DNA from: an uncultured delta proteobacterium
GTDB lineage: Bacteria; Desulfobacterota; Desulfuromonadia; Geobacterales; Pseudopelobacteraceae
Reading direction: 5' to 3'
DNA length: 64,000 nucleotides
NCBI GenBank assembly: GCA_963772835.1
Contig: CAVYYZ010000011.1
Coordinates: 1-64,000 of the forward strand
Shown: positions 27,590-40,448 of the stretch, in pieces
Position numbering within the stretch: the stretch's first letter is position 1
Layout: the number at the start of each line of letters is the position of its first letter
Program-made: the position numbers and the translations under genes
Notes under the pieces: generated by a model
What the model saw: only the letters and a program-made list of their open reading frames with translations
What the model was told of the DNA's origin: nothing
Databases searched by the model: none

Positions 27590-29458
27590 TTGAACCAGTT
27601 TTACAAGAATCTCTCACTCTGGCTTGTGATCAGCCTCATGATGATCCTGCTTTTCAACATGTTTAACAAGCCGCGGCCGACTGCTGAGAAGCTTAACTTC
27701 AGCGACTTCATGACTCAGGTGGAAACGGGAAAAATAACCGCAGTTGTCATTCAGGGGAATGATATTTCCGGCAAGTTCGATGGGAAGGACGGCAAGGAAT
27801 TTCACACGTATAAACCCTATTCTGATGCAGACCTGACAAAGAAACTGCTGGAGAAAAAAGTTACGATCAATGCCAAACCGGAAGAGGAAAAATTCTCCTG
27901 GTTTTCGATTTTCATCTCCTGGTTTCCTCTGATTCTGCTGGTCGGCGTCTGGATTTTCTTCATGCGTCAGATGCAGATGGGCGGAGGGAAGGCCATGTCG
28001 TTCGGCAAGAGCCGCGCCAAGCTGTTGACCGAGGCACAGGGGAAGATCACCTTTGAAGATGTCGCCGGCATCGAAGAAGCCAAGGAAGAGCTTGAAGAGA
28101 TCATCGCATTTTTGAAAGAGCCGAAGAAGTTCACCGCACTGGGGGGGAAAATCCCCAAAGGGGTGCTACTGGTAGGCCCTCCGGGAACCGGTAAAACGTT
28201 GCTGGCCCGTGCTGTTGCAGGTGAAGCGGGCGTGCCGTTCTTTTCGATATCCGGATCTGATTTTGTCGAGATGTTTGTCGGCGTCGGCGCCAGCAGGGTG
28301 CGTGACCTGTTTTTGCAGGGGAAAAAGAGCGCCCCCTGTATCATCTTCATTGATGAAATTGACGCGGTCGGCCGTCATCGTGGCGCCGGTATGGGCGGCG
28401 GGCATGATGAGCGAGAGCAGACCCTCAATCAGCTGCTGGTTGAGATGGACGGTTTTGAGTCCAATGAAGGTGTCATACTGATAGCTGCAACCAACCGTCC
28501 CGATGTCCTTGATCCGGCTCTACTCCGCCCGGGACGTTTCGACCGCCAGGTCGTTGTGCCCCGTCCTGATGTCAAGGGTCGCGAAATGATTCTGAAAGTT
28601 CACTCCAAAAAAGTTCCGCTTTCTCCTGATGTTGATCTGGCGGTAATCGCCCGCGGCACTCCCGGTTTTTCAGGCGCAGATCTGGCCAACCTGGTTAATG
28701 AAGCAGCCCTGCTGGCTGCCCGTTTGAATAAAACTGTTGCAGAACCGAGTGACTTCGATAGCGCCAAGGATAAGGTTTTGATGGGTGTTGAACGCCGCAG
28801 CATGGTGATCTCTGATGAAGAGAAAAAGAGCACCGCGTATCACGAAGCCGGGCACACTCTGGTGGCCAAACTGGTTCCGGGTACCGACCCTATCCACAAG
28901 GTTTCCATTATTCCTCGCGGACGGGCGCTGGGCGTCACTATGCAGCTCCCGATCGAAGACAAGCACAGTTATTCCCGTGAATCTCTGCTGGCACGCATTG
29001 CCGTTTTGATGGGTGGTCGCGCTGCCGAAAATCTGATCTTTGATACCTTTACCACCGGTGCGGGCAACGACATAGAACGCGCTACGGATATGGCCCGTAA
29101 AATGGTCTGTGAATGGGGTATGAGTGACAAGATGGGGCCTCTCTCCTTCGGCAAGAAAGATGAGTCGATCTTTCTCGGGCGTGAAATGGCCATGCACAAG
29201 AATTTCAGCGAAAAGACCGCAGAGCACATTGATGATGAAATCAAGCGCATCGTCGATGAATCATATGAGCGTGCCCTCGGACTTTTGCGTGATAACACCC
29301 AGATGCTCCATGATCTTTCTGTCTGCCTGATTGAGAAGGAAAATCTGACCGGTGATCAGGTTGATGAAATTATCGCTACCGGCACATTGGTAAGCAAGGA
29401 AACTCCACAGCCGGTAGCTGTCGCACCGGTTGTGGAACATACCGAAACCGAAGAGTAA
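27590..29458 (+). CDS. ftsH: ATP-dependent zinc metalloprotease FtsH
   Basis: GPPGTGKT, second region of homology, HEAGH; TTG start (NQFYKNL). Confidence 0.97.
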   Translation: MNQFYKNLSLWLVISLMMILLFNMFNKPRPTAEKLNFSDFMTQVETGKITAVVIQGNDISGKFDGKDGKEFHTYKPYSDADLTKKLLEKKVTINAKPEEEKFSWFSIFISWFPLILLVGVWIFFMRQMQMGGGKAMSFGKSRAKLLTEAQGKITFEDVAGIEEAKEELEEIIAFLKEPKKFTALGGKIPKGVLLVGPPGTGKTLLARAVAGEAGVPFFSISGSDFVEMFVGVGASRVRDLFLQGKKSAPCIIFIDEIDAVGRHRGAGMGGGHDEREQTLNQLLVEMDGFESNEGVILIAATNRPDVLDPALLRPGRFDRQVVVPRPDVKGREMILKVHSKKVPLSPDVDLAVIARGTPGFSGADLANLVNEAALLAARLNKTVAEPSDFDSAKDKVLMGVERRSMVISDEEKKSTAYHEAGHTLVAKLVPGTDPIHKVSIIPRGRALGVTMQLPIEDKHSYSRESLLARIAVLMGGRAAENLIFDTFTTGAGNDIERATDMARKMVCEWGMSDKMGPLSFGKKDESIFLGREMAMHKNFSEKTAEHIDDEIKRIVDESYERALGLLRDNTQMLHDLSVCLIEKENLTGDQVDEIIATGTLVSKETPQPVAVAPVVEHTETEE

Positions 29459-29460
29459 AA

Positions 29461-30666
29461 ATGTCCCGGTATGCCCCCCGATTGCTGCATGTTCCGTCTC
29501 CGGAGCATGCAGCCCGTGAATTGCAGCGTATGTCGGTAGACAAACGCGGCATCGTTGAAATGGCCCCCAAGATGAGGACGCTCTGTATTCAGATCTCCCG
29601 CCTTGAGTGCCGTCAGGCAAATGTCCTTAAGCAGGAGATGCTGTCTTTGGGTGGGGATGCTGCTGTTGCAAGGGGTACGGTGTCCTGCAGTATCGACAGC
29701 ACAGATTGTGTTCTGATCGGAACCGTCAAACAGCTTGGCAGACTCTGCCGGAAGCTCAAAGCACAACCGTTCGGCCTGCCGGAACTGGCAGGGGAACTGG
29801 AATCATTGTTGACACGGGCAGCCTCGCCTCCGGCTGCCTGGAAAACTTCACGCCGCCTGTTTTCACTCCGGCGTCCGTTGATTATGGGAATTCTCAATCT
29901 TACCCCTGACTCTTTTTCTGACGGTGGTCTCAGTCACGACTCGGACCGGGCGTTTGAAAAAGCCCTGCAGATGGAAGCAGAAGGTGCTGATATTATAGAC
30001 ATCGGCGGAGAAAGTACCCGTCCGGGAGCAGCGCCGGTGTCGTTGGATGAGGAACTGAGGCGTATTATTCCGGTTATCGAACGGCTGGCCGGTACACTGA
30101 AATGTGCCATCTCGGTTGATACCTGGAAAAGCGGTGTCGCCGGCAGGGCACTCATCGCCGGAGCGGAAATAATTAACGACATAAGTGGTTTTCATTTTGA
30201 TACTCAGATGTCCGGAGTAGCCGCCGCAAGTGGAGCCGGAGTCGTGCTGATGCATACTAGAGGAACACCTGATGCCATGCAGCAGAATACGGTATATGAA
30301 GATCTCATGGCAGAAATAGCCACCGGTCTGCACGCCTCGCTTGTTCTTGCCCGAGAAGCGGGTGTTTCAGACCAATGTATTGCTATCGACCCAGGTATCG
30401 GTTTCGGGAAGAATGCTGCGGGCAATCTGGAACTGATCCGGCGATTGGCGGAATTATCATGTTTCGGGCTTCCGATCCTGACCGGGCCGTCCCGCAAGTC
30501 GTTCATAGGAACGGTACTGGGACGCGAGTCTACGGGTGACCGGCTCTTCGGTACTGCCGCTACGGTAGCTCTCTCCGTGTCTCACGGCGCATCGATTCTG
30601 CGGGTGCATGATGTCAAGGCTATGCGAGACGTAGCTGATATGGCGCATGCCGTACTGCACAGCTGA
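29461..30666 (+). CDS. folP: Dihydropteroate synthase with N-terminal extension
   Basis: MGILN.TPDSFSDGG, DIGGESTRPG, DPGIGFGK, SRKSF, RVHDV. Confidence 0.95.
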   Translation: MSRYAPRLLHVPSPEHAARELQRMSVDKRGIVEMAPKMRTLCIQISRLECRQANVLKQEMLSLGGDAAVARGTVSCSIDSTDCVLIGTVKQLGRLCRKLKAQPFGLPELAGELESLLTRAASPPAAWKTSRRLFSLRRPLIMGILNLTPDSFSDGGLSHDSDRAFEKALQMEAEGADIIDIGGESTRPGAAPVSLDEELRRIIPVIERLAGTLKCAISVDTWKSGVAGRALIAGAEIINDISGFHFDTQMSGVAAASGAGVVLMHTRGTPDAMQQNTVYEDLMAEIATGLHASLVLAREAGVSDQCIAIDPGIGFGKNAAGNLELIRRLAELSCFGLPILTGPSRKSFIGTVLGRESTGDRLFGTAATVALSVSHGASILRVHDVKAMRDVADMAHAVLHS

Positions 30667-30697
30667 ATGGTATGAACGCCCGTTTTAAAGAGGATGT

Positions 30698-31486
30698 ATG
30701 GCTCCACTTTTCGACAGCGTCACTCTGCTTGGCCTACTCGACAGGCTTCTTGTCGCCAGTCTGGTGTATGGTTGTACGCTGATCCTCAGAAAAGAGGCGT
30801 CCCTTCGTATTCTTGCAATTATAATTGCCCTTATAACCGCAGAGTTCGCCTCAAAAAAACTCGGTCTCACCGCAACGGCCTCCTTTATCCACCTGCTCCT
30901 TTTTTCAACTCCGGTTATTCTTGCAATAATCTTCCAGAGTGATATAAGACGGGTCCTTTTTTCATTCTGGAAACGCCACAAATCAGATGAAAGTAACAGT
31001 ATCGATGTGACGTCGACTGTTGATGAGTTGTCAAAAGGGCTTCATGAACTGGCCGAACGAAGGATCGGCGCCTTGATCGTTATCATCCGTCAGATGTCGA
31101 TTGACCACCTGGTTCAGGTCGGGACCGAAATCGATGCCAAGGTAACAAGTGAACTGCTGAATTCAATCTTTCTCCCCTATTCGCCGATTCATGACGGGGC
31201 GGTTATTATTCAACGGGAAAAGATAACCTCTGCCGGCTGCATCCTGCCGCTTTCCCAGAATCCTGATATTGCCAAAAGCTTCGGGACACGCCATCGGGCA
31301 GCGCTTGGAATCTCTGAACAAACGGATGTACTGGTGCTTGTCGTTTCAGAGGAAACCGGAAAAATTTCAATTGTCCATGAGGGGAAGATTACCTATGATG
31401 CCGACCCGTCGGAAATCAGACGTCTTTCCCGCAAAGCTATTGAAGGGCGTCGCGTGCCGAGAGTGACTGCCACACCGGAACAATAA
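30698..31486 (+). CDS. cdaA: Diadenylate cyclase CdaA
   Basis: Three TM helices; HDGA and GTRHRAA catalytic motifs; VSEETG. Confidence 0.92.
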   Translation: MAPLFDSVTLLGLLDRLLVASLVYGCTLILRKEASLRILAIIIALITAEFASKKLGLTATASFIHLLLFSTPVILAIIFQSDIRRVLFSFWKRHKSDESNSIDVTSTVDELSKGLHELAERRIGALIVIIRQMSIDHLVQVGTEIDAKVTSELLNSIFLPYSPIHDGAVIIQREKITSAGCILPLSQNPDIAKSFGTRHRAALGISEQTDVLVLVVSEETGKISIVHEGKITYDADPSEIRRLSRKAIEGRRVPRVTATPEQ

Positions 31487-31499
31487 GAGAGGTACAAAA

Positions 31500-32858
31500 A
31501 TGAAAAAACTGTTCGGTACTGACGGCGTCCGCGGTGTAGCCAATGTGTATCCCATGACCACCGAGATGGCGATGCAGCTGGGGCGTGCTGCTGCTTATAC
31601 CTTCAAGGGAGGCAGTAAGCGCCGCCATCGCATCGTAATCGGTAAAGACACCCGTCTTTCCGGATATATGCTGGAAAACGCTCTGGTAGCAGGCATCTGC
31701 TCTATGGGGGTTGATGTGCTGCAGGTCGGGCCGCTGCCGACCCCCGGAATCGCCAACATCACAAGATCCATGCGCGCCGATGCCGGGGTCGTTATCTCTG
31801 CTTCGCACAACGCCTTTCAAGACAACGGAATAAAATTCTTTTCGGCCGATGGCTTCAAACTCCCGGATGAACTGGAACTGAAGATTGAAAATCTTATCGA
31901 ATCAAATAAGATCGACGCCCTTCGGCCTACAGCGACCGAAGTTGGCAAGGCATATCGTATCGAGGATGCGGCCGGCCGCTACATTGTATATCTCAAAAAT
32001 ACGTTTCCCCCGGAGATGGACCTTTCAGGCCTTAAGATAGTTCTGGATTGTGCCAACGGCGCTGCCTACAAGGTTGCTCCGGCTGTGTTTGAAGAGCTGG
32101 GTGCAGAGGTTATCCCCTATGGGGTCAAGCCTAACGGCACAAACATCAATGCCGGGTGCGGTTCGACCTGCCCTTCCGTTATCAGTGAAGCGGTCAAGCT
32201 GCATCGGGCAGATATCGGAATTGCTCTGGACGGCGACGCCGACCGAGTTATCGTATGTGACGAATTTGGCAATGAGGTCGATGGCGATCACATCATGGCC
32301 ATCTGTGCCAGCGACATGCTGAAGCGCAGACTTCTTAAGAAGAAGACGCTGGTGGCGACTGTTATGAGCAACATGGGACTTGACATAGCTCTTCGTAAAT
32401 GTGGCGGGAAAATTATCAAAACCGATGTGGGAGATCGTTACGTCGTTGAGGCTATGCGTGCCGGGGGGTATAATCTGGGGGGAGAACAGTCAGGACATAT
32501 GATCTTCCTGGACTACAACACAACCGGTGACGGAATCCTGTCCGCCCTGCAGCTACTGGCGGTTATGCGCAGGGAAGAAAAAACGCTCTCTGAGCTTGCT
32601 GAAATAATGATTCCCCTGCCGCAGGTGCTCTGTAATGCACGTGTCCGGGAAAAAGTAGACATTTACTCCATCGGCGATGTGGCTGCTAAAATCAAGGCTG
32701 TTGAGGGGAAACTCGGCAGTGAAGGTCGTGTGCTGATCCGTTATTCGGGCACCGAGCCGCTGCTCAGGGTCATGATCGAGGGGCAGGACAAATACGAGAT
32801 TACATCGTGGGCCAATGAAATCTGTGATCTTGTGAAGAAACATATCGGAGAGAAGTAA
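31500..32858 (+). CDS. glmM: Phosphoglucosamine mutase
   Basis: [26 protein letters not shown]. Confidence 0.97.
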   Translation: MKKLFGTDGVRGVANVYPMTTEMAMQLGRAAAYTFKGGSKRRHRIVIGKDTRLSGYMLENALVAGICSMGVDVLQVGPLPTPGIANITRSMRADAGVVISASHNAFQDNGIKFFSADGFKLPDELELKIENLIESNKIDALRPTATEVGKAYRIEDAAGRYIVYLKNTFPPEMDLSGLKIVLDCANGAAYKVAPAVFEELGAEVIPYGVKPNGTNINAGCGSTCPSVISEAVKLHRADIGIALDGDADRVIVCDEFGNEVDGDHIMAICASDMLKRRLLKKKTLVATVMSNMGLDIALRKCGGKIIKTDVGDRYVVEAMRAGGYNLGGEQSGHMIFLDYNTTGDGILSALQLLAVMRREEKTLSELAEIMIPLPQVLCNARVREKVDIYSIGDVAAKIKAVEGKLGSEGRVLIRYSGTEPLLRVMIEGQDKYEITSWANEICDLVKKHIGEK

Positions 32859-33577
32859 TGGCGAAACTGGGACTTAATGTAGATCACTTCGCAACAGTCC
32901 GTCAGGCGCGCGGCGGTGTTGAACCGGATCCTGTGACAGCCGCCGCTATCGGCGAGATGGCAGGCGCAGAGGGGATAACCATCCATCTGCGGGAAGACCG
33001 TCGCCACATCCAGAACCGCGATCTCGAAATACTGCGACGCACCGTTAAGAGCAAACTCAACCTTGAGATGGCGGCCACTCAGGAAATGGTGCGAATAGCG
33101 CTCACCGTCAAGCCGGAGCAGGTGACACTGGTACCGGAAAAGCGTCAGGAATTGACAACGGAAGGCGGCCTCGATGTCATTGTTAATGCCAAGCAGATCA
33201 CAGATACGATTAAGCGCTTAAAAGATGGCGGAATCGTTGTCAGTTTGTTTGTTGACCCGAATCAGGAGCAGATTAAAGCGTCCAAAAAGACCGGTACCGA
33301 TTATATCGAAATCCATACCGGTGCATACGCCGAAGCGGTAACGTGGGACGAACAGCAACATGAACTGGAACATATCGATACCGCTGTCAAGCTGGCCCGC
33401 AAAGTGGGCTTGGGAGTGAATGCCGGCCATGGCCTCAATTATCTGAATATCAAGGCAATTGCTGCTCTGGGCGGCATCGAGGAATATAATATCGGTCATT
33501 CCATCATTGCACGTGCCATGCTGGTCGGACTGGACCGGGCAGTGCGCGACATGGTTGAGCTGCTCAAGTACGCATGA
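32858..33577 (+). CDS. pdxJ: Pyridoxine 5'-phosphate synthase
   Basis: [33 protein letters not shown]. Confidence 0.97.
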   Translation: MAKLGLNVDHFATVRQARGGVEPDPVTAAAIGEMAGAEGITIHLREDRRHIQNRDLEILRRTVKSKLNLEMAATQEMVRIALTVKPEQVTLVPEKRQELTTEGGLDVIVNAKQITDTIKRLKDGGIVVSLFVDPNQEQIKASKKTGTDYIEIHTGAYAEAVTWDEQQHELEHIDTAVKLARKVGLGVNAGHGLNYLNIKAIAALGGIEEYNIGHSIIARAMLVGLDRAVRDMVELLKYA

Positions 33578-33954
33578 TATACGGTATCGGCTCCGACATT
33601 GTTGCTATAGAACGTTTCCAGCGATTTTTGGACAACGGCAATACCGCACTCATTGAAAGGCTTTTCACTTCTGCCGAACGATACCTGTGTGGAGGGAGAA
33701 AAGCTGCCGCATCCTGCCTGGCTGCACGATTTGCTGCGAAGGAAGCATTTTTGAAGTCCCTCGGAACCGGCCTTCGTGAAGGTATATCCTGGCTGGATAT
33801 GGAGGTGACGAATGATGCACTGGGAAAACCGGAGATGGTGCTTTCCGGAAAAGCCGCGGAACTGTTTCAGGATAAAGAGCTGACCAGAATACATCTATCT
33901 CTGTCCCACGATGGTGGTAGTGCAATTGCTATGGTGGTTTTGGAGTCAATATGA
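33574..33954 (+). CDS. acpS: Holo-ACP synthase
   Basis: [25 protein letters not shown]. Confidence 0.95.
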   Translation: MIYGIGSDIVAIERFQRFLDNGNTALIERLFTSAERYLCGGRKAAASCLAARFAAKEAFLKSLGTGLREGISWLDMEVTNDALGKPEMVLSGKAAELFQDKELTRIHLSLSHDGGSAIAMVVLESI

Positions 33955-35531
33955 GAGTAGTCACCGCACATACCATGCAGGATATCGACAAGCAGGCCAT
34001 CGGAGAGGGGAGCATATCCGGTCTTCAAATGATGGAAAATGCCGGAAGGAGCTGCGTTGAGGAGATTATCGCCGAATTCGGATTACAGGGCCGCTCAGTT
34101 GTCATGGCCGGTAAGGGCAACAATGGCGGAGATGGGTATGTCATCGCCCGCCTGCTACGCCTGAAGGGTTGGAATGTCAAAGTTGTTGTCCTGGCTGATC
34201 GTGACCAGATCTCCGGAGATGCAGTGGTAAATCTGGACAGAATCGCGGGCTCAGACGTCAGATATTGCACCGAAGAAGGTCAGTTGCAGGTGCTGTGTAT
34301 GGAGGATATCCTTCAGGCAGATGTGATTATAGACGCACTGCTTGGTACCGGATTACGCAGCAACATCAACGGCGTATATCTGGAAGCTATCGGACTGATA
34401 AATTCGTCCGGACGCCCTGTAGTTTCAGTTGATATCCCTTCCGGAATCCATGGCACGACCGGACGGGTTCTTGGCGATGCCGTCAGGGCGTATATAACTG
34501 TGGCATTTGCATTTGCCAAACTTGGACACGTACTCTACCCCGGGGCCGAACATACCGGCAGACTTCTGGTAGCTGATGTTGGAATTCCGGCACATCTGAT
34601 GCTGTCGGCTCCCGGTTACGATTTTTTGAATGCAGATACGATGCGTCCGATGTTACATCGACGGGATCGACTCGCTCACAAGGGACTTTTCGGACACTGT
34701 CTTATCATCGCCGGTTCTACCGGTAAAACCGGTGCCGCAGCGCTGGCGGCAAACAGTGCAGTGAGAGCCGGTTCAGGAATGGTTACACTGGCCGTGGCAG
34801 AAAGTATCCACAGTATCCTGGAGATAAAAACGACTGAAGCAATGACAGTTCCTCTCCCCGATTCCGGCAGTGGAAACCTGACAAACAGCTCCTTTCCGGC
34901 AATCGAAAAACTGCTGATCGGCAAAGATGCCGTGGCGATCGGCCCCGGTCTTGACCGGCGTCCGGGAACGTATGCTCTGGTTCAAAAACTGGTAGAGACG
35001 GTTACGCTGCCGTTGGTGATCGACGCAGATGGTCTGAATGCACTTGCAGAAGACATAACTGTTTTGAAACGGAAAAAGTCAAAACAGGTGATTCTCACGC
35101 CGCATCCCGGTGAGATGTCTCGACTTCTTGGGACTTCAATCCCTGACGTGGAAGCGATTCGTATTTCGGTTGCACAGGAATTTGCCCGAAACTATGGTGT
35201 GTTTCTGGTGCTTAAAGGTTCCCGCACAATTATTGCTGCTCCTTCCGGAACCGCAGCTATCAACGGCAGCGGAAATCCCGGAATGGCTACCGGAGGCATG
35301 GGCGATGTGTTGACCGGCATTATCGTGTCTCTGCTGGGGCAGGGATATGCTGCTTGGGACGCCTGTCGTCTCGGGGTGTTCCTGCACGGATATGCGGCAG
35401 ATATGGTGGCCGAGGACAAGGGGGAAATCGGAATAAATGCTTCAGATGTACTTGAAAAACTTCCCTATGCCTATAATAAGTTGTTAAAAAATACCCTGCT
35501 GACGAACCTGAAGATGTTCGGCCAGCTCTGA
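33951..35531 (+). CDS. nnr: Bifunctional NAD(P)H-hydrate epimerase/dehydratase
   Basis: [37 protein letters not shown]. Confidence 0.95.
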   Translation: MRVVTAHTMQDIDKQAIGEGSISGLQMMENAGRSCVEEIIAEFGLQGRSVVMAGKGNNGGDGYVIARLLRLKGWNVKVVVLADRDQISGDAVVNLDRIAGSDVRYCTEEGQLQVLCMEDILQADVIIDALLGTGLRSNINGVYLEAIGLINSSGRPVVSVDIPSGIHGTTGRVLGDAVRAYITVAFAFAKLGHVLYPGAEHTGRLLVADVGIPAHLMLSAPGYDFLNADTMRPMLHRRDRLAHKGLFGHCLIIAGSTGKTGAAALAANSAVRAGSGMVTLAVAESIHSILEIKTTEAMTVPLPDSGSGNLTNSSFPAIEKLLIGKDAVAIGPGLDRRPGTYALVQKLVETVTLPLVIDADGLNALAEDITVLKRKKSKQVILTPHPGEMSRLLGTSIPDVEAIRISVAQEFARNYGVFLVLKGSRTIIAAPSGTAAINGSGNPGMATGGMGDVLTGIIVSLLGQGYAAWDACRLGVFLHGYAADMVAEDKGEIGINASDVLEKLPYAYNKLLKNTLLTNLKMFGQL

Positions 35532-35580
35532 ACTTGATAAACTGAATACCTGCTGTCTTTCTAATAACAAGGAGAAAACC

Positions 35581-36030
35581 ATGCTGACCGTAGCCGATAT
35601 TATGACCCGAAGTGTAGTCTCTATCAAAGCAACAACTACTGTGCGTGAAATGGCCGGCATCTTTGACACTATGCGGTTTGGAACACTTCCTGTCGTTGAT
35701 GACGCCGGGAATCTGAAAGGAATCGTTACCGCATCCGATCTTGTTGAACAGGATCGTCCGCTTCATATTCCGACTGTTATATCTCTTTTTGACTGGGTCA
35801 TTCCGCTTGAGGGTGAGGGTACGTTGCAACGCGAACTGGATAAAATAACGGCACAAACTGCTTCAGAGTTGGCGTCAACGAATGTTGTCACCGTTACCCC
35901 TGCCGATTCTGTCAGCAGTGCCGCTGAAATCATGAGCAGCAAAAAGCTGCACGCACTTCCTGTTATTGAAGGGAATAAACTGGTCGGCATGGTGTCACGG
36001 ATTGATATCATCCGTTCGATGAACCGTTAG
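35581..36030 (+). CDS. CBS domain protein
   Basis: Two CBS repeats (V.DIMT, LPVVD..G.L.GIVT, LVGMVSR.DII). Confidence 0.9.
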   Translation: MLTVADIMTRSVVSIKATTTVREMAGIFDTMRFGTLPVVDDAGNLKGIVTASDLVEQDRPLHIPTVISLFDWVIPLEGEGTLQRELDKITAQTASELASTNVVTVTPADSVSSAAEIMSSKKLHALPVIEGNKLVGMVSRIDIIRSMNR

Positions 36031-36509
36031 TGCTCAGGATGCAGCTTACATCCGGCTCTTCCGGCGAAACGGAAGAGTTGGGAGCCTGCATCGGCTCGCT
36101 GCTCAAGGCCGGTTCATTTCTGGCGCTGCGCGGCGGTCTTGGCGGAGGGAAAACCTGTCTGACCAGGGGAGTGGTCGCCTCACTGGCTCCTCAGAGCGCC
36201 TATCTTGTTGCGAGCCCGACATATGCAATCATGAATTGCTATTCTGGTAACATCCCGGTTTATCATTTCGATTTCTACCGTCTCGCCGGTGATGACGACA
36301 TTGTCGAGCTTGGTTTTGAAGAATTTTTTTATGGTGATGGAGTATGTGTTGTTGAGTGGTCTGAGCGTCTTACTGAACTGCTGCCGCTGGATGTGCTGTC
36401 ACTTGAGTTTGAATATGCCGGAGAGGACATACGTCTGATTACCATTACCAGTTCCGGGCAAACATCAGACAGTGTCCTTGAACAGCTGGCACAGAAACTT
36501 CAGAAGTAA
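36030..36509 (+). CDS. tsaE: tRNA threonylcarbamoyladenosine biosynthesis ATPase TsaE
   Basis: G.LG.GKT, SPTY, HFDFYRL, VEW. Confidence 0.93.
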   Translation: MLRMQLTSGSSGETEELGACIGSLLKAGSFLALRGGLGGGKTCLTRGVVASLAPQSAYLVASPTYAIMNCYSGNIPVYHFDFYRLAGDDDIVELGFEEFFYGDGVCVVEWSERLTELLPLDVLSLEFEYAGEDIRLITITSSGQTSDSVLEQLAQKLQK

Positions 36510-36599
36510 AAAAACTTTGACCCGACAACAGGTAATCTGTTATAGACCAAAACTTAACCCGGACATCTCTTCAACACATTATTACATAAGGAGAGCAGT

Positions 36600-37814
36600 A
36601 TGGCGCTCGTAGTACAGAAGTACGGTGGCACATCAGTCGGTTCGCCCGACCGGATAAAAAACGTTGCCAAACGCATCATCAAAACCTATGACGCGGGAAA
36701 CGATGTGATTGTTGTTGTTTCCGCAATGTCTGGCGAAACCAACAAATTGGTAGCACTTGCAAATGAAATGTGTGAAATCCCGGATGGCCGCGAATATGAC
36801 GTACTGGTTGCCACCGGTGAACAGGTCACTATCGGGCTTCTTTCCATGTATCTTAAGTCCCAGGGCTACAAGGCAAAATCCTATCAGGGGTGGCAGGTTC
36901 CCATCATTACAGACTCAACTGCAACAAAAGCCCGCATAGAGAGCATCGGCGATAAAAATATTCGTGCTGATCTCAAGGAGGGTACAATCATCGTTCTGGC
37001 CGGTTTTCAGGGAGTTGATGCTTCAGGAAACATAACGACACTGGGGCGCGGCGGTTCCGATACTTCTGCTGTTGCAATTGCAGCCGCTCTCAAAGCCGAT
37101 GTTTGCGAGATATACACGGATGTTGACGGAGTGTACACCACCGATCCCAACGTGTGTAAAGAAGCCCGCAAGATCGAAAAAATATCGTATGACGAGATGC
37201 TGGAACTGGCCAGTCTGGGTGCCAAGGTCCTTCAGATTCGTTCGGTTGAATTTGCCAAGAAATATAACGTGGACGTGCATGTCCGCTCAAGTCTTAACGA
37301 AAATACCGGTACAATGGTTACCAGGGAGGACACGGATATGGAAGGAATTCTTGTTTCAGGGGTTGCGTACGACAAAAACGAAGCCAAGATAGCTGTCAAA
37401 GGGGTGCCTGACAAGCCGGGCATTGCCGCAAAAATCCTCACACCACTGTCTGATGCGGCCATTTCGGTAGATATGATTGTTCAAAATGTCAGTGACAACG
37501 GCTTGACAGACTTCACATTCACCGTCACCAAGGCTGATCTGAAACAGGCACTTTTGATCACAAACGAAGTAGCAAAAGAAGTTGAAGCAAAGCAGGTTCT
37601 TTCCGACGAAAACATCAGCAAAATATCGATCGTCGGTCTTGGAATGCGGAGTCATGCCGGTGTCGCAACTCAAATGTTCAGCGCACTTTCAAAAAACAAC
37701 ATCAACATCCAGATGATTTCGACCTCAGAAATAAAAATATCGGTTGTTATTGATGAAAAATATACCGAGTTGGCTGTACGCGTCATGCACGAGACATTCG
37801 GTCTTGCCGGCTGA
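36600..37814 (+). CDS. lysC: Aspartate kinase
   Basis: [20 protein letters not shown], two ACT domains. Confidence 0.96.
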   Translation: MALVVQKYGGTSVGSPDRIKNVAKRIIKTYDAGNDVIVVVSAMSGETNKLVALANEMCEIPDGREYDVLVATGEQVTIGLLSMYLKSQGYKAKSYQGWQVPIITDSTATKARIESIGDKNIRADLKEGTIIVLAGFQGVDASGNITTLGRGGSDTSAVAIAAALKADVCEIYTDVDGVYTTDPNVCKEARKIEKISYDEMLELASLGAKVLQIRSVEFAKKYNVDVHVRSSLNENTGTMVTREDTDMEGILVSGVAYDKNEAKIAVKGVPDKPGIAAKILTPLSDAAISVDMIVQNVSDNGLTDFTFTVTKADLKQALLITNEVAKEVEAKQVLSDENISKISIVGLGMRSHAGVATQMFSALSKNNINIQMISTSEIKISVVIDEKYTELAVRVMHETFGLAG

Positions 37815-37844
37815 CATTTTTACGCTGAAGAAGCAAAAAATTAC

Positions 37845-37879
37845 AAGGGGTGGAACAGTAATTGTTCCGCCCCTTTTTT
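37845..37879. terminator. Intrinsic (probably bidirectional) terminator between lysC and tadA
   Basis: AAGGGGTGGAACA-loop-TGTTCCGCCCCTT followed by T-run. Confidence 0.8.
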
Positions 37880-37907
37880 ATCCGATGTTAAACGATGAGG
37901 TTTTTCG

Positions 37908-38363
37908 TCAGGGAGTGCGCTCTTTTTGTTTGCGTCTGCGCAATTCAGTAAAGAAGTTACTCAGCAGGCTGGAACAGTCACTTTCGAGAACGCGGGGAAT
38001 AAGTTCAACACGGTGATTAAGGCGGGGATCGTTGGAAAGATCGAACAGCGACCCGGCCGCCCCCCCCTTCGTGTCAAAACAGCCGAAGACAACGGTAGGA
38101 ATGCGAGCCAGGATGATGGCGCCCATGCACATCGTGCAGGGTTCCAGAGTGACATACAGGACAGTATCAAGCAGCCGCCATGAACGGAGTTTCCGGGCGG
38201 CTATTCTGATGGCGATCAATTCGGCGTGGCCCGTCGGGTCCTGGTTCGATTCACGCAGGTTATGTCCGCGGGCAATTATTTTGTCACCCCGCACTATAAC
38301 GCAGCCAATCGGCACTTCATTCCTGGCCGCAGCCTTACCCGCTTCGGCAATCGCCCTCTGCAT
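37908..38363 (-). CDS. tadA: tRNA adenosine(34) deaminase (start may be slightly upstream)
   Basis: EVPIG, HAE, TLEPC.MC, RLNH. Confidence 0.93.
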   Translation of the reverse strand: MQRAIAEAGKAAARNEVPIGCVIVRGDKIIARGHNLRESNQDPTGHAELIAIRIAARKLRSWRLLDTVLYVTLEPCTMCMGAIILARIPTVVFGCFDTKGGAAGSLFDLSNDPRLNHRVELIPRVLESDCSSLLSNFFTELRRRKQKERTP

Positions 38364-38626
38364 CCAGTATTCGTGGCTGCGGAGCGGGGCGGGAGTATGG
38401 AGGGGGATAGGGAAAGTAATAAGTTTAGTACCTTTGGAGTATGGTTTTTAGTTTCGATTTCTCTCTGTAACAATCATTACATTTAGAAATAAGCCTTATT
38501 CGGTATCCGCTTGTCAAGTGTCAATATCATGGAGGGCGGCGGGAGGTCTGTTCCCTTTTCCCCTTTACTTTCCTGCCATCTTTATTTATTCTTCACAGTC
38601 CTAATTTTTAGAGTACGAAGGAATTC

Positions 38627-40423
38627 ATGGAAATCAGCAGAATCCGCAACTTTTCAATAATTGCCCATATCGACCACGGCAAATCGACTCTGGCAGACCG
38701 CCTTCTTGAGTATACCGGTACGGTCTCCGACCGGGATAAACAGAACCAGTTTCTGGACAAAATGGATCTGGAGCGGGAGCGGGGTATTACCATCAAGGCT
38801 CAGACGGTACGTCTCAATTACCGCTCAGATGCCGGCATTGACTACGTTCTTAATCTGATCGACACCCCTGGACATGTTGATTTTACCTATGAGGTGTCAC
38901 GCTCGCTTGCCGCCTGTGAAGGCGGGTTGCTGGTGGTTGATGCCTCTCAGGGTGTCGAGGCTCAGACACTGGCTAACGTCTATTTGGCTCTGGATATAAA
39001 CCTGGAAGTTTTTCCGGTCTTGAACAAGATAGATCTCCCGGCTGCCGATCCGGAACGGGTTAAACAGGAGATCGAGGACATCATCGGCATTGATGCTCAT
39101 GATGCTGTCCTGGCAAGTGCCAAAGAGGGGATAGGCACTCACGAGATTCTTGAACAGATAATCAAGAAGATTCCTCCCCCGGTCGGGGACGTGGACGCTC
39201 CTCTCAAGGCCCTTCTGTTTGACTCCTGGTATGATCAGTACCAAGGCGTCATCATCCTGGTACGAATCTTTGACGGGACACTGAAAAAGGGCGACAAGAT
39301 TCAGCTGATGTCGACCAACAGCAGTTTTGAAGCTCTCAAGGTCGGGGTATTTGCACCTGTTATGGTTGAAGTGTCAGAACTTGCGGCGGGAGAAGTCGGC
39401 TTCATTATCGCAGGAATCAAGGATGTTGCTGATGCCAAGGTCGGTGATACGGTTACGCTGCTGCACCGACAGTGTCTGCGTGCTCTGGATGGTTTTAAGG
39501 AGGTCAAGCCGATGGTGTTCTCCGGCCTGTACCCGATTGATACCGTTCAATACGAGCAGCTGAGGGATGCATTGGCCAAGTTGAAGCTGAACGATTCATC
39601 GTTCAGCTTCGAGCCGGAAACATCACTGGCACTCGGTTTCGGTTTCCGCTGTGGTTTCCTTGGTCTGCTGCATATGGAAATCATTCAGGAACGGTTGGAG
39701 CGTGAATTTGCGCTTGAACTGATTACTACAGCTCCGACGGTTGTTTACCGAGTCCATAAAATGAACGGCGAAGTATATTCGATTCAGAGTGCCAATCAGA
39801 TGCCCGAACTGCAGAGCATGGAGTACCTGGAAGAGCCTTTTATTTTGGCCCATATTCATGTGCCAAATGATTATGTCGGAGGTGTGCTGGCACTCTGTGA
39901 GGACAAGCGCGGTGTGCAGCGTGAAATCAAATATCTGACTCCGACGCGTGTCATGATAATCTATGAACTCCCGTTGAATGAAATTGTATTGGATTTTTAC
40001 GACCGTCTCAAATCCATCACCAAAGGGTACGCTTCTCTCGATTATGAGCATCTGGAGTACCGGCGGAGTGATCTGGTGCGGATGAATGTCATGATCAACG
40101 GAGAAGTAGTTGATGCTCTGTCACTGATACTGCACCGCGAAAAAGCATATTTCCGCGGTCGTGATCTGGTCGCCAAGATGAAGGAATTGATTTCACGTCA
40201 GATGTTCGAGGTGGCTATCCAGGCAGCTATCGGCAACAAGATAATTGCCCGGGAGACGGTCAAGGCCATGCGCAAGGATGTTCTTGCAAAATGTTACGGC
40301 GGTGATATTACCCGTAAACGGAAATTGCTGGAGAAACAGAAAGAAGGTAAAAAACGAATGAAAAATGTCGGTAACGTTGAGTTGCCCCAGGAAGCGTTTT
40401 TGGCAATTCTGAAGGTCGACTGA
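38627..40423 (+). CDS. lepA: Elongation factor 4
   Basis: [42 protein letters not shown]. Confidence 0.98.
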   Translation: MEISRIRNFSIIAHIDHGKSTLADRLLEYTGTVSDRDKQNQFLDKMDLERERGITIKAQTVRLNYRSDAGIDYVLNLIDTPGHVDFTYEVSRSLAACEGGLLVVDASQGVEAQTLANVYLALDINLEVFPVLNKIDLPAADPERVKQEIEDIIGIDAHDAVLASAKEGIGTHEILEQIIKKIPPPVGDVDAPLKALLFDSWYDQYQGVIILVRIFDGTLKKGDKIQLMSTNSSFEALKVGVFAPVMVEVSELAAGEVGFIIAGIKDVADAKVGDTVTLLHRQCLRALDGFKEVKPMVFSGLYPIDTVQYEQLRDALAKLKLNDSSFSFEPETSLALGFGFRCGFLGLLHMEIIQERLEREFALELITTAPTVVYRVHKMNGEVYSIQSANQMPELQSMEYLEEPFILAHIHVPNDYVGGVLALCEDKRGVQREIKYLTPTRVMIIYELPLNEIVLDFYDRLKSITKGYASLDYEHLEYRRSDLVRMNVMINGEVVDALSLILHREKAYFRGRDLVAKMKELISRQMFEVAIQAAIGNKIIARETVKAMRKDVLAKCYGGDITRKRKLLEKQKEGKKRMKNVGNVELPQEAFLAILKVD

Positions 40424-40448
40424 CACTCACGCGTATAAAGGAATCCGA

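Noticed and set aside
29461..29870. FolP N-terminal extension as a novel fusion
   Set aside because: Long-form FolP is already known in several anaerobic lineages
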